This document shows, piece by piece, positions 11,776-20,429 of a stretch of DNA of 64,000 bases. A model generated the notes under the pieces. That model ran no database searches. It was not told the origin of the DNA and saw only the letters and a program-made list of their open reading frames with translations. Source of the DNA: Escherichia phage UPEC03; the sequence record MW250785. One strand, given 5' to 3'. Numbering within the stretch: position 1 is the first letter of the stretch; each line of letters opens with the position of its first letter. Made by a program: the position numbers and the translations under genes.

Positions 11776-13074
11776 ATGAGTGATAAACACTACACAATTC
11801 ACAAGTTGATGCGTCAGTCTGCGCTTCCGTCTGGTAAACGAGAAAAAGTTATCAACGAAGCAACAGGCACGACCGACATCAACGTACAGAACACGCGCCC
11901 AGAACTGGTTTCTTTGACTCGCGCGGTTAACAACCTGATCTATCATGAACTGGTTGCTGTACAAGAAACAGAACTCCCTGTTGCAACACTGTTCGGTGTT
12001 CGCTATCGCAACCCTAACGGTGATATGACTTTCTCCAGTGCTGCAACCTATTCAGGCCGAATCTCTGGACGTACAGACATCGACGAAATCGATCTGACTA
12101 AAGCCTACGTTAAAGGTGATTTGTTCAAGCATGACGGCACTGACGTTGTTTATGAGGTTATCGAACCGATTACCCTGAACACTCTGGATACTGACAAAGA
12201 CACCGCGATCATGAAAGCTGTGTTCCAAAGCAAAATTCGACTGGTGAGTGAAGCCGCTGACACTTCTAAGTATGAAACCAGCGAAGATATCGCGTCAACC
12301 TCCTTCCAGATGGATCGCTGGAATATTCCGGTACGTTCGCGTAAGTTTAAAACCGAAATGACGGTTGAACTGATGCAGGATTTGGAAGCGAACCAGTTCG
12401 AAGCTGATGGGGTGATCGAAGACATCCTGGGAACCGTGGCAAGTGAAGAAGTCAACAAAGACATTATTCAAACACTGATCACCGTTTCCAAACGTTACAA
12501 CGTTGATGGACTCGTTACGGATGGTATTTTTGACGGTACTACCGCATACACCGCGAAGGATGCTCCAGCATTGGGTCGTATCCTGTATCAATTAGCGTGT
12601 GAAATGGGGCAGGAAATGAATAGAACGACTTCATTTGATGCTACCTACGTCCTCGCAACAGCGCGTGTTGTAGGCATTCTGGCTGCGTCTGGTTGGATGC
12701 ACGAAACCGACGAACAACACCCACTGGCAACAGGTAAGCTGAACAACGGTTATTATGTCTATACAGACACAACCAGTCCGTTCGATTATATGCTGACTGG
12801 CTGCAAATATGATCTGGGTGATATGGATCACGTAGGCTCTCTGTTCTTTGCTCCGTATACCGAAGCTGACGAAGCAGGTTCAATCAAAGTATCCGTAGAT
12901 CCGGCATCCCTGCAACCAAAAGTTGCTATTCTGATGCGTTACGGTCTTTCCGTGAACCCGTACACAGCAGAAAGCGAATCCGATCACCTGATCAAAGGTG
13001 ATGATTGGTCTGCTCTTGCAGGTAAATCTAAGCTGAGTCAGATCGTAGGTATTAAGTTACCTAAACTGGGTTAA
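11776..13074 (+). CDS. 24: Capsid vertex protein gp24
   Basis: gp23-paralog pattern (NLIYHELVAVQET, SRKFKTEMTVELMQDLEAN, ILAASGW, PYTAESE) matching T4 gp24; start at ATG (MSDKHY) within track ORF 11719. Confidence 0.9.
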   Translation: MSDKHYTIHKLMRQSALPSGKREKVINEATGTTDINVQNTRPELVSLTRAVNNLIYHELVAVQETELPVATLFGVRYRNPNGDMTFSSAATYSGRISGRTDIDEIDLTKAYVKGDLFKHDGTDVVYEVIEPITLNTLDTDKDTAIMKAVFQSKIRLVSEAADTSKYETSEDIASTSFQMDRWNIPVRSRKFKTEMTVELMQDLEANQFEADGVIEDILGTVASEEVNKDIIQTLITVSKRYNVDGLVTDGIFDGTTAYTAKDAPALGRILYQLACEMGQEMNRTTSFDATYVLATARVVGILAASGWMHETDEQHPLATGKLNNGYYVYTDTTSPFDYMLTGCKYDLGDMDHVGSLFFAPYTEADEAGSIKVSVDPASLQPKVAILMRYGLSVNPYTAESESDHLIKGDDWSALAGKSKLSQIVGIKLPKLG

Positions 13075-13120
13075 CAAGTTTTGTTTTGAGAAGACCATTA
13101 TAGTAATAAAGATCTATAAG

Positions 13121-13293
13121 GTCAAACGAGCGAAGCGAGTTTTCACGAACGAAGTGAGTGATGGGTAAGTACGATGTACTGTTTATAATATTTATATTTT
13201 ATATATAGAGAAAACAGTACATTTCCGTATACTTTTTAACCAACATTCACTCACTACGTTCGTTCATGTACTCGCTTCGCTCGTAGATTTGAC
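13121..13293. repeat. Long imperfect inverted repeat (~40-bp arms, 15-bp perfect core ACGAGCGAAGCGAGT) with nested 9-bp hairpin
   Basis: Left arm 13121-13160 pairs with right arm 13248-13293 by reverse-complement reading; inner gtactgttt / aaacagtac around an AT-rich loop; flanked by direct repeats TTTGTTTTGAG at 13080-13090 and 13322-13332. Confidence 0.7.
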
Positions 13294-13316
13294 TTCTTGA
13301 TCTAACTGGTTATAAT
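13289..13316 (+). promoter_or_regulatory. Sigma70-like promoter TTGACT-N16-TATAAT (uvsY)
   Basis: Consensus -35/-10; the -35 lies within the right arm of the long inverted repeat. Confidence 0.6.
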
Positions 13317-13339
13317 GTTACTTTGTTTTGAGGTGATAC

Positions 13340-13762
13340 ATGGCTGAACTAAAACTTGAAGATCTACAGGCTGAACTTGAAGAGGATATGCGTATTGATC
13401 CGTTGAAGTTACAAAGCGAATCAGCAGACATTCCGAAGATTTGGTCAAAATGGCTTCGATACCATTCGAATGCTAAGAAAAAACTTATTCAACTCCAGGC
13501 GAAGAAAGAAGCGATTGTAAAAGATCGGTTACTGTTCTACACTGGTAGACACGAAAGCGAAATGACCGATGTCATTTACACTGGTTCGGGTGAAATCAAA
13601 ATTGCTATCTCCGGTGATCCTAAGACCGTTGAAGTTAACAAGCTGATCCAATACTTCGAACTGATTGCAGAGTTTACCGGAAAAGCTCTGGATATCGTTA
13701 AGAACAAAGGCTACTCCATCAAAAACATGTTGGAGATCCGTAAACTTGAGAGTGGTGCATAA
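13340..13762 (+). CDS. uvsY: Recombination mediator UvsY
   Basis: 140 aa; LEDLQAELEEDM…KLQSES…SKWL…HS similar to T4 UvsY; preceded by TTGACT-N16-TATAAT promoter and GAGG RBS. Confidence 0.85.
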   Translation: MAELKLEDLQAELEEDMRIDPLKLQSESADIPKIWSKWLRYHSNAKKKLIQLQAKKEAIVKDRLLFYTGRHESEMTDVIYTGSGEIKIAISGDPKTVEVNKLIQYFELIAEFTGKALDIVKNKGYSIKNMLEIRKLESGA

Positions 13763-13763
13763 A

Positions 13764-13946
13764 ATGGCAGAAGAATTTGATTGCAAATGCGTTGTGTGCA
13801 AACAACCGATGAACTCCCGTAATACGGCGTTTGTCAATGAAGCTGGCCCGATCTGCGGTGTCGTATGTTTGCAATATCTCAACGAAAGGAATGATCGCGG
13901 TATCAATGAAGCCGACGATCTGAACGAAGTTCAAATGTTGCTATAG
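13764..13946 (+). CDS. Small Cys-rich (zinc-ribbon-like) protein, uvsY-distal
   Basis: 60 aa ORF, ATG overlapping uvsY stop; CKCVVCK…CGVVC motif. Confidence 0.5.
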   Translation: MAEEFDCKCVVCKQPMNSRNTAFVNEAGPICGVVCLQYLNERNDRGINEADDLNEVQMLL

Positions 13947-13954
13947 GTGGGAAT

Positions 13955-14092
13955 ATGAAAGACTATTCAAAAATCGACTTTAACGAAGTATTTCGTTTGC
14001 TGGGATTGATGGAAGAATGTGTGACCAGGGTTCATGCACTTCGAATTTCGTTTGAAAGCGGTTGTATCGAAGACGAACGCCCAGATTTATAG
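13955..14092 (+). CDS. Hypothetical small protein (45 aa)
   Basis: ATG with GGTGG RBS; not in ORF track (<60 aa). Confidence 0.3.
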   Translation: MKDYSKIDFNEVFRLLGLMEECVTRVHALRISFESGCIEDERPDL

Positions 14093-14288
14093 CAGTAAAT
14101 AGATGTGTACCCCTTGTGGGGCTTGGGCTTACCGTGTGGCGTACCCATTTGCGCCGTCCGATAGAATTTACTTTCGGTGGGGTGATTGGTAAGATACCTT
14201 CGAGTAAAGGCCAGTTAATTGTAATTCAGAATAGTACAGCACTGAAATAAAATAAATGTACGTGTCGGAACAAACGGTTTCCGAAATT

Positions 14289-14323
14289 AAAAAGCCCCTT
14301 CCTTTCGGTTGGGGCTTTCTTTT
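14289..14323. terminator. Bidirectional intrinsic terminator between convergent + strand genes and uvsW.1
   Basis: A-run, hairpin (agcccc…ggggct), T-run. Confidence 0.7.
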
Positions 14324-14553
14324 TAAAACTTCTCTTCTTCTCCGGTTTCAAGTTCGGCTTTCAGTTCTTCTCGCCGTCCCTTGATCGCGTCACGCATTGA
14401 AATGTCATCGGATGCTGCAACCTCGACTTCTTTCACGCGGGTGTTGTAATACTTTTCAAGTTCTTTCAAACCTTCTAGTGTCCGGCACGAAGCAACCTTA
14501 TTCATGAAATCATCAATCGCTGCTTCGTTTACGAATGTAGTAAAACTTTTCAT
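14323..14553 (-). CDS. uvsW.1: UvsW.1 small protein
   Basis: 76 aa ORF immediately downstream of uvsW on the same strand, as in T4. Confidence 0.75.
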   Translation of the reverse strand: MKSFTTFVNEAAIDDFMNKVASCRTLEGLKELEKYYNTRVKEVEVAASDDISMRDAIKGRREELKAELETGEEEKF

Positions 14554-14562
14554 TTTGGCCTC

Positions 14563-16062
14563 TTAAATTTCTACCTGTTTGATCGCGTAGTCGAATCGTT
14601 CTTCATTGTAGATCCGCACACGTTCCATAGCATGTTTCATACCGTAGTTTGTCGCACTGTATTTATTTTTGGCTGTCTTAGACTTTGACAGCGTAGCCAG
14701 GTTATCAACGATATCCCATACAGTAGCGAGCGCTTTCGATCCGTGCTTACGAAGTACACGACCGATAGACTGTTTCACCACAACAGCAGATTTGCAAGGG
14801 TGCGCAAAAATGATGTGGTGTAGGTTCTTGATTGAGATACCCGTACTCAGTACCCCGATCGAACCGATGACGATTAAACCTTTCGTCGATTCCGCGATTT
14901 TCTTCATTTCGTTACGATCGTCAATGTCTGTATCACCATTGACCAACACCACGTTATCGTAAACCTTGCTCAACTTCTCATACAGCCATTTTCCGTGTTC
15001 TTTGTAACGGAACATCACAAAGGCGTTTTCGTTCTTCTCACGGGCTAATTTGAGCGCTAATTTTAGAATCCACGCGTTGCGCCGTGTGTGGCTGGTTACG
15101 TACTTGATTTCCGTCTGGTAGTCCGCACCCTTCAATTTTTTGACCTCTTCTTCTTTGTATCGAAGGAAGATCGTGTTAATTTTCAGGTTGGTGACTTGTC
15201 CATCATCCATCAAACGACGTGTATCAACTGGTTTAAAGACTTTACCGAACGCACCGATGTATTGCATCATGTTCGTTTTCCCTTCTTTCAGGGAACCGGA
15301 TAAACCCAGTTTGAAGATACATTGATCCATCGTGTCGATAATCTTTTTGATGCTCATGCCTGTTGAGAGGTGGCATTCATCAACCATCAAACACATGAAC
15401 TGTTGGAACCATTCGGCAGGCATTTTAACCGCTGATTGCCAGGTAGAAACGTAAATCAGTGCATTACTGTTTTTCGCTGTACCGGAACGGATACCCAGCA
15501 TTGCCGATTTCGGGAACAAACGATAGTTTGCGATGTCCTCGATCATTTGGTCAACAAGTGCGGTAGTCGGAACGATGATCAACACTTTCCCGCTGTAATG
15601 TTCCAGACACCAACGAGAGATAAGCCCCTGAATCAGAGATTTACCTGCTGATGTTGGCAGGTTCAGAACACCGCGACGGTTTTTGATACCGTGGAACACT
15701 GATTCGCGTTGATACCAGTACGGGTCGATCTGTTTGTCGCCGTCATAAACCGGATGTTCGCTAACCCACTTATCAAAATCTTCTTGCGTGATATCCTCTG
15801 TTTCGTGGATCTTTGGATCAACCCAGATTGAATACCCGCGTGATTCTGCGAATTTGGATACCAGATAGGCTAACCCATACGGGAGTTTCCCGTTGTAGTC
15901 CATCAAGTAAATGTAACCGTTCCATCCACCATATTTGTATTTGGCCTGATACTGATAGCCTGGGGGCTGGAAGCTGAAATAGTCACGCAGTTCATAGACA
16001 ATGTTTGGTTCTGCCTGAATCTGTACGTGGCTTGTGTTTAAAAATTTGACTTCAATATCCAC
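14563..16062 (-). CDS. uvsW: UvsW DNA/RNA helicase (SF2)
   Basis: 499 aa; NLPTSAGKS Walker A, MVDECH DExH box, long blocks matching recalled T4 UvsW. Confidence 0.95.
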   Translation of the reverse strand: MDIEVKFLNTSHVQIQAEPNIVYELRDYFSFQPPGYQYQAKYKYGGWNGYIYLMDYNGKLPYGLAYLVSKFAESRGYSIWVDPKIHETEDITQEDFDKWVSEHPVYDGDKQIDPYWYQRESVFHGIKNRRGVLNLPTSAGKSLIQGLISRWCLEHYSGKVLIIVPTTALVDQMIEDIANYRLFPKSAMLGIRSGTAKNSNALIYVSTWQSAVKMPAEWFQQFMCLMVDECHLSTGMSIKKIIDTMDQCIFKLGLSGSLKEGKTNMMQYIGAFGKVFKPVDTRRLMDDGQVTNLKINTIFLRYKEEEVKKLKGADYQTEIKYVTSHTRRNAWILKLALKLAREKNENAFVMFRYKEHGKWLYEKLSKVYDNVVLVNGDTDIDDRNEMKKIAESTKGLIVIGSIGVLSTGISIKNLHHIIFAHPCKSAVVVKQSIGRVLRKHGSKALATVWDIVDNLATLSKSKTAKNKYSATNYGMKHAMERVRIYNEERFDYAIKQVEI

Positions 16063-16132
16063 TATGATTACCCTATGTACAAAGTATATACGTATTTATG
16101 TCATAAATATTGGATAAACACTGGAGATACCA

Positions 16133-16792
16133 ATGAACATTGATTACGAAAAAGTTGATGGGTTCCGTACCCTCGACGCAAAAGAACAGAAAGGTGCTTT
16201 AGCCGATTACGCTATGACTGTGTTTGCGGTTAAGCTGAACAAACAAAAATCCTTCGATAACATGCTGGCGGATCTGGTTGCTGCTTTACCGGAAGATGAA
16301 GAAAAACCGGAACTGCTGATCGATTCCCCTGAACCGGAAATCGTTGCATATAAAGGTGAGGTGACTATGGGTGAACCTGTCATCGAAGCCCCGAACGTTC
16401 CCGATGTGGTTATTGATGCTTCTGCGGATTTTATGGAGTACGTTAAAGAGGTCGCGCCGGAAGTAGCCGATCAAATCCAATTAGTACCTGATGTCGTAGA
16501 AGCTCCTGTAAGCGCTTCTGACGAGTCCAAAGGCGAACTGGTATGGTTGGAAGGGTTTAGCCCAACAATCTTCATGATGGGGCGCTCTGCGAGTTCTAAC
16601 GGGTATTATACCTGTCCGTGGTGGATCTATGACTGGATTAAGCAAACCCCAGACTGGTACAAAGATCCTGATAGCTGTCCACATGCAAGCGCAATCGACA
16701 CAATCAAATCACTTGCGTTCTATATCGTGCGTGATGGTGAAGTTCGTGTTCGCGAAACCAGAAATAGCCGATTCGAAACATTTAAGTTTTAG
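16133..16792 (+). CDS. Hypothetical acidic protein
   Basis: 219 aa ORF, first gene of a + strand early cluster; no family recognised. Confidence 0.55.
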   Translation: MNIDYEKVDGFRTLDAKEQKGALADYAMTVFAVKLNKQKSFDNMLADLVAALPEDEEKPELLIDSPEPEIVAYKGEVTMGEPVIEAPNVPDVVIDASADFMEYVKEVAPEVADQIQLVPDVVEAPVSASDESKGELVWLEGFSPTIFMMGRSASSNGYYTCPWWIYDWIKQTPDWYKDPDSCPHASAIDTIKSLAFYIVRDGEVRVRETRNSRFETFKF

Positions 16793-16813
16793 CACTTTTT
16801 GCTAAAAAACTTG

Positions 16814-16842
16814 TTGACACATACCCTCGTTTAAAGTATATT
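16814..16842 (+). promoter_or_regulatory. Sigma70-like early promoter TTGACA-N17-TATATT
   Basis: Consensus -35 with A-rich upstream (aaaaacttg), typical of T4 early promoters. Confidence 0.6.
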
Positions 16843-16891
16843 TGTACTCGAAGGCGGGGGAATGGCTCTCGCAGTGAAGAAGGAAAGCAAA

Positions 16892-17206
16892 ATGAAAAAC
16901 GAAATGATGAAAAACGCTTACTACCCAGTTCTGTTTGTTTGGGTTGATGGTAAAGTGAAGAAAGTAGTCAATTCAAATGCTCCTTACTATACTGTTGGTG
17001 AAGCTCTGCGCCACGCTTACGAAGCTGATTATCCTGTTCCTGCTGAACCTGGTTACGCTCGTTGGAACGGTTCAAAATGGATTGCTGATACCTGGGACAA
17101 CTACGAAGAAGCAAGAATGGAAGATCCTGATTTCGTTACTCGTCAGATGGAAGCGCACATGATTGCAGACCGTCGCCTTGATAACGAATCTCGCGGTTTC
17201 TATTAA
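16892..17206 (+). CDS. Hypothetical protein
   Basis: ORF downstream of TTGACA-N17-TATATT promoter; start chosen at ATG with AAGGAAAG RBS (track start 16862). Confidence 0.55.
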   Translation: MKNEMMKNAYYPVLFVWVDGKVKKVVNSNAPYYTVGEALRHAYEADYPVPAEPGYARWNGSKWIADTWDNYEEARMEDPDFVTRQMEAHMIADRRLDNESRGFY

Positions 17207-17213
17207 AATTCAA

Positions 17214-17236
17214 AGGGGGCTACGCCCCCTTTTTTG
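17214..17236 (+). terminator. Intrinsic terminator
   Basis: agggggc-tac-gccccct hairpin + TTTTTT. Confidence 0.75.
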
Positions 17237-17246
17237 TAGGTAAAAT

Positions 17247-17819
17247 ATGACTGAATTAAATCACGAATGCCTGAAAGACTTATCAGAAGGTAAAGAGATC
17301 GGAAACGTCATCTTCCTTGATATCGACGGCGTTCTAAATAATATGCGGTGCATGAAATTTGGTGAGCATATGGACATTGAATGTGCTCGACACCTGCGCC
17401 GGATCGTAAATCATGCGAACTGTGATATTGTCATTTCCTCTACATGGAGGATCGGCAACACAACCCATACTCTACGGGAAATCTTCTATCCGTGGGGATT
17501 GTATCGCATCATTGGGAAAACCTGTACGAATCTAACAGACCGACAAGCAGGACGCGGTGATGAAATCAAAGCATGGATCGACACCTTCGGATGTAAGAAT
17601 TACCTTATCCTTGATGACGATACCGATATGCTGCCGGAACAGAGTGAACATTTCATCAATACCGATGGGTTCGTAGGGCTGACAGAAGAACAATCCACTT
17701 ACGCGATCCGTAATGTGTTCGGTGTAACAAACCCGTTCTGTCCTGAATGCAACGGCTATGGGCGCGTGAACCAATATGATAAATGTCCGTCTTGTGACGG
17801 CAAAATTTTACTTCTCTAA
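17247..17819 (+). CDS. HAD-superfamily phosphatase-like protein with C-terminal CxxCxGxG zinc ribbon
   Basis: FLDIDGVLNN (HAD motif I), ILDDD; C-terminal CPECNGYGR…CPSCDGK. Confidence 0.55.
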   Translation: MTELNHECLKDLSEGKEIGNVIFLDIDGVLNNMRCMKFGEHMDIECARHLRRIVNHANCDIVISSTWRIGNTTHTLREIFYPWGLYRIIGKTCTNLTDRQAGRGDEIKAWIDTFGCKNYLILDDDTDMLPEQSEHFINTDGFVGLTEEQSTYAIRNVFGVTNPFCPECNGYGRVNQYDKCPSCDGKILLL

Positions 17820-17846
17820 ATAGAGAAAAACTAAGAGGTTTTGAAA

Positions 17847-18350
17847 ATGGCTACAGAAAAATGGACTACGGTACACCCGATCCCGTGGCGTAACACCAGC
17901 TTTACCTATCTGCCGTGGTGGATCTTTGATATCATCGTGGCTGCGAATGCTGCAAGCGAAGACTGGCGTGATTATGCCGAAGAAAAATACGCGAAAGAAT
18001 TCGACACACTGAAACAGGCGTATATTGATTACACCGATGTTGATTTCATCGAATCCCGTAACGGTTATCTGTATAAGCTGAGTGATTTTACTCCTGCTGA
18101 TCCTGTCGTAACAATTACACCAAAAACCGCTCCTGCTGATTTCAAAGTAGGTGATGCGGATCTGGCTGCAACTGATCTGTTTACCATCGATCCTTCTGGT
18201 ACAGAAATGACTCTGAGTGTTGACTCTTCCGGTCATGGTTCTATCGTTGGTGGTAAACTTCATGCGGTTAGTGAAGGTGATGTTGTCGTAACAGCAACCT
18301 CTGGATCTGTTACTGCAACTCTGACGGTAAACGTTAAACCTGCACCATAA
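17847..18350 (+). CDS. Hypothetical protein with bacterial Ig-like (Big_2-type) C-terminal domain
   Basis: C-terminal AVSEGDVVVTATSGSVTATLTVNVK typical of Ig-like beta-sandwich; RBS AAGAGG. Confidence 0.5.
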   Translation: MATEKWTTVHPIPWRNTSFTYLPWWIFDIIVAANAASEDWRDYAEEKYAKEFDTLKQAYIDYTDVDFIESRNGYLYKLSDFTPADPVVTITPKTAPADFKVGDADLAATDLFTIDPSGTEMTLSVDSSGHGSIVGGKLHAVSEGDVVVTATSGSVTATLTVNVKPAP

Positions 18351-18370
18351 TAACAACTAAGAAGGTAAAA

Positions 18371-18871
18371 ATGCTACTATTTGAATTCAATGATGTATTC
18401 GCAAAATTCAGCGACGCAATCGAAGCCAAATTTGGCAAACGCCCACAAAACATGACAGATGCAGAATATGAAGCTGCTGTATCGTCCCTGGTTCGTACAG
18501 ATTTCTATGAAAAACTGGCGATCGAGGTGTTGGGTTGGGATATGATGAAATGGGGCATGACCTATCGCGATCGCGAAGTCGGTTTTATTCTCGTCAACGA
18601 AGCAAAAAGCCCGTCCTGGGTGAATAGTCAAAAAATCGCGTACATGGATAAAGTATGCGCACAGATGGGTATTGTACGTTTAGACTTCTGGACTTGTCGG
18701 GATCTGAACGAACTGAAAGCCCACGCTTACCGTTGCCCTCTGATCTCCCGCAACGATAAGCATCGTCAAGCATGGGATAGCGCGGGTAAATATCGAAGCG
18801 TTTACCTGAACGACGATATGAACATCACTATTCAGGATGTGAACCGCTCCTTTGCGGATTACACACCGTAA
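18371..18871 (+). CDS. Hypothetical protein
   Basis: 166 aa ORF followed by strong bidirectional hairpin terminator. Confidence 0.55.
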   Translation: MLLFEFNDVFAKFSDAIEAKFGKRPQNMTDAEYEAAVSSLVRTDFYEKLAIEVLGWDMMKWGMTYRDREVGFILVNEAKSPSWVNSQKIAYMDKVCAQMGIVRLDFWTCRDLNELKAHAYRCPLISRNDKHRQAWDSAGKYRSVYLNDDMNITIQDVNRSFADYTP

Positions 18872-18873
18872 AC

Positions 18874-18906
18874 AAAAAAGGGAACCGCAATGGTTCCCTT
18901 TCTTTT
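18874..18906. terminator. Bidirectional intrinsic terminator
   Basis: A-run, gggaacc-gcaa-tggttccc hairpin, T-run; separates + strand cluster from - strand kinase/nucleotidase pair. Confidence 0.8.
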
Positions 18907-19370
18907 TATGCAATTTTTCTGATTTCTTTCAATGCTTCTTCTTTGCTACCAACGAAGAGAATCGCTTTACCTCCGGCTTTTCTGAATGGCAACACAGCTT
19001 TTGCCCTGTCATCAATCAGTATACCTTTGTCCGCATATGCTGCTTTCTCTCCGCTGCTTTTGGTGTAGTGGAATTCAGGCAGATAACCGAACACCTTCAT
19101 CAACGCTTTTCTTTTTTGTTCTGCTACCGCATCGGAATTGTATTTCCCTACGCTGGTTAAGATCGCAACCTGACCTAAAGTTCTCAAATGACAGAACAGG
19201 TCGATGCCCTCTTGTAATGGTTCCAGATTTTCGTAGAAGTCAGTTTTTGATATTTCCTGTTTTGCTTTTTTCAATTCTTCTTCCGGCATTCTCGCCGGGT
19301 CACCGTACATCGGAATAAAAGAACCTTCCCAGTCAAACAGTACACCATCCATATCAAAGAAAAATTTCAT
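18906..19370 (-). CDS. HAD-family 5'(3')-deoxyribonucleotidase-like protein
   Basis: MKFFFDMDGVLFDW matches the NT5C-type DxDGVLxDF motif; start trimmed from track ORF to the Met preceding the motif. Confidence 0.6.
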   Translation of the reverse strand: MKFFFDMDGVLFDWEGSFIPMYGDPARMPEEELKKAKQEISKTDFYENLEPLQEGIDLFCHLRTLGQVAILTSVGKYNSDAVAEQKRKALMKVFGYLPEFHYTKSSGEKAAYADKGILIDDRAKAVLPFRKAGGKAILFVGSKEEALKEIRKIA

Positions 19371-19419
19371 ATCAGTTCCTCGGTTTGTGTGTGCATAATA
19401 TTCATATATGTTCCCATTG

Positions 19420-20253
19420 TCAACCCCATGTATCAGTTTTCGGTGCGTATGCTGCAACTTTAGCCACTAACTCTTTATCAAGCTGATCAATGGATTTCTG
19501 CGGCTTGCCTTTTGCCTTAACTTTTATGTAGTTAGACTTAACAACAAACATACCGCCTTTGTCAGATTTCTTGATTTCGCTGTCAATGCCTACTTTGTTG
19601 AAACTGATCCAGATATCGCCGTCCATGTACTGTTTCAGAGAGTCGCCCATATTCAGGATCTTCGCCATAGTGAGCGCTGCCCCTTCGTGGGTATCCATGA
19701 GGATTTCTTTAGGCACAACACGATCGCGTTTAAGGTTCTGTTGCATCGCAATATGAACATCGTTCATAACCCAAACGATATGGATGTTTTCTTTCTGATA
19801 ACCCAGCGCTTCAACATCACGGGCGATACTTGCCAGCTTGCTCATGCTTTTTAGGGTTACGTCAAAGATCAGGTTTGGTTTACGGTCTTCCGGTGCTGCT
19901 GCGATACCCGCGTACACACGCGCCTGGTTTTTGTTGGATACGTTGAACACGTCTGCGATCACATGATGCAGTGTTGCTACGTTGTCCGGGTTTTTCAGGT
20001 TCATTGTTTTGACATCGTGACCAGTTTTCGCTTTGATCTCTGCTGCCAGTTTGGTACTACCCATGACCAATTTTTTGAGTGCGTCAACGTCCAGGGTGAT
20101 CCCTTCGATACCTAACAGCTTTTCGAGGGTGAACCCTTTACCAGAACCCGCACCGCCAGCCAGGATGACTACCTGACCAAATTTAGGATAAGCCTTACCG
20201 CCGAAGGTGATCAGCGCTTCATCAAGGCTCGTAAAGTCTTTGAATGATTTCAT
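19420..20253 (-). CDS. P-loop kinase-like protein (Walker A GGAGSGKG)
   Basis: 277 aa; VVILAGGAGSGKGF P-loop near N-terminus; family not resolved (does not resemble recalled T4 dNMP kinase gp1). Confidence 0.55.
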   Translation of the reverse strand: MKSFKDFTSLDEALITFGGKAYPKFGQVVILAGGAGSGKGFTLEKLLGIEGITLDVDALKKLVMGSTKLAAEIKAKTGHDVKTMNLKNPDNVATLHHVIADVFNVSNKNQARVYAGIAAAPEDRKPNLIFDVTLKSMSKLASIARDVEALGYQKENIHIVWVMNDVHIAMQQNLKRDRVVPKEILMDTHEGAALTMAKILNMGDSLKQYMDGDIWISFNKVGIDSEIKKSDKGGMFVVKSNYIKVKAKGKPQKSIDQLDKELVAKVAAYAPKTDTWG

Positions 20254-20287
20254 CTTAGAACTCCATGTGTTTATTTAAAAGTATTTA

Positions 20288-20316
20288 TTGACACGGTTTA
20301 TGAGTGTGTTTATAGT
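20288..20316 (+). promoter_or_regulatory. Sigma70-like early promoter TTGACA-N17-TATAGT
   Basis: Consensus -35/-10; spacer contains TTATGAGTGTG, shared with the promoter at 24651. Confidence 0.6.
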
Positions 20317-20429
20317 GTAATTTTTCGACGGATTACCTGTCCAGAACAAAAGAAGACGTTGAAAAAGAATTTGTTGACTTGTCGGGCGAATAACGATAAG
20401 CTGTAATCTCTGAAAACAAGGAGATAACC

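Noticed and set aside
14062-14250. 62-aa ORF in the intergenic region before uvsW.1
   Set aside because: Arg-rich, atypical composition, no RBS, overlaps a hairpin-rich GC region; more likely non-coding (kept only as a possible structured RNA in findings).
19420-20253. Calling the 277-aa P-loop protein dNMP kinase (T4 gp1)
   Set aside because: Its P-loop context (GGAGSGKG) and length do not match the recalled gp1 sequence; left as a generic kinase-like protein.
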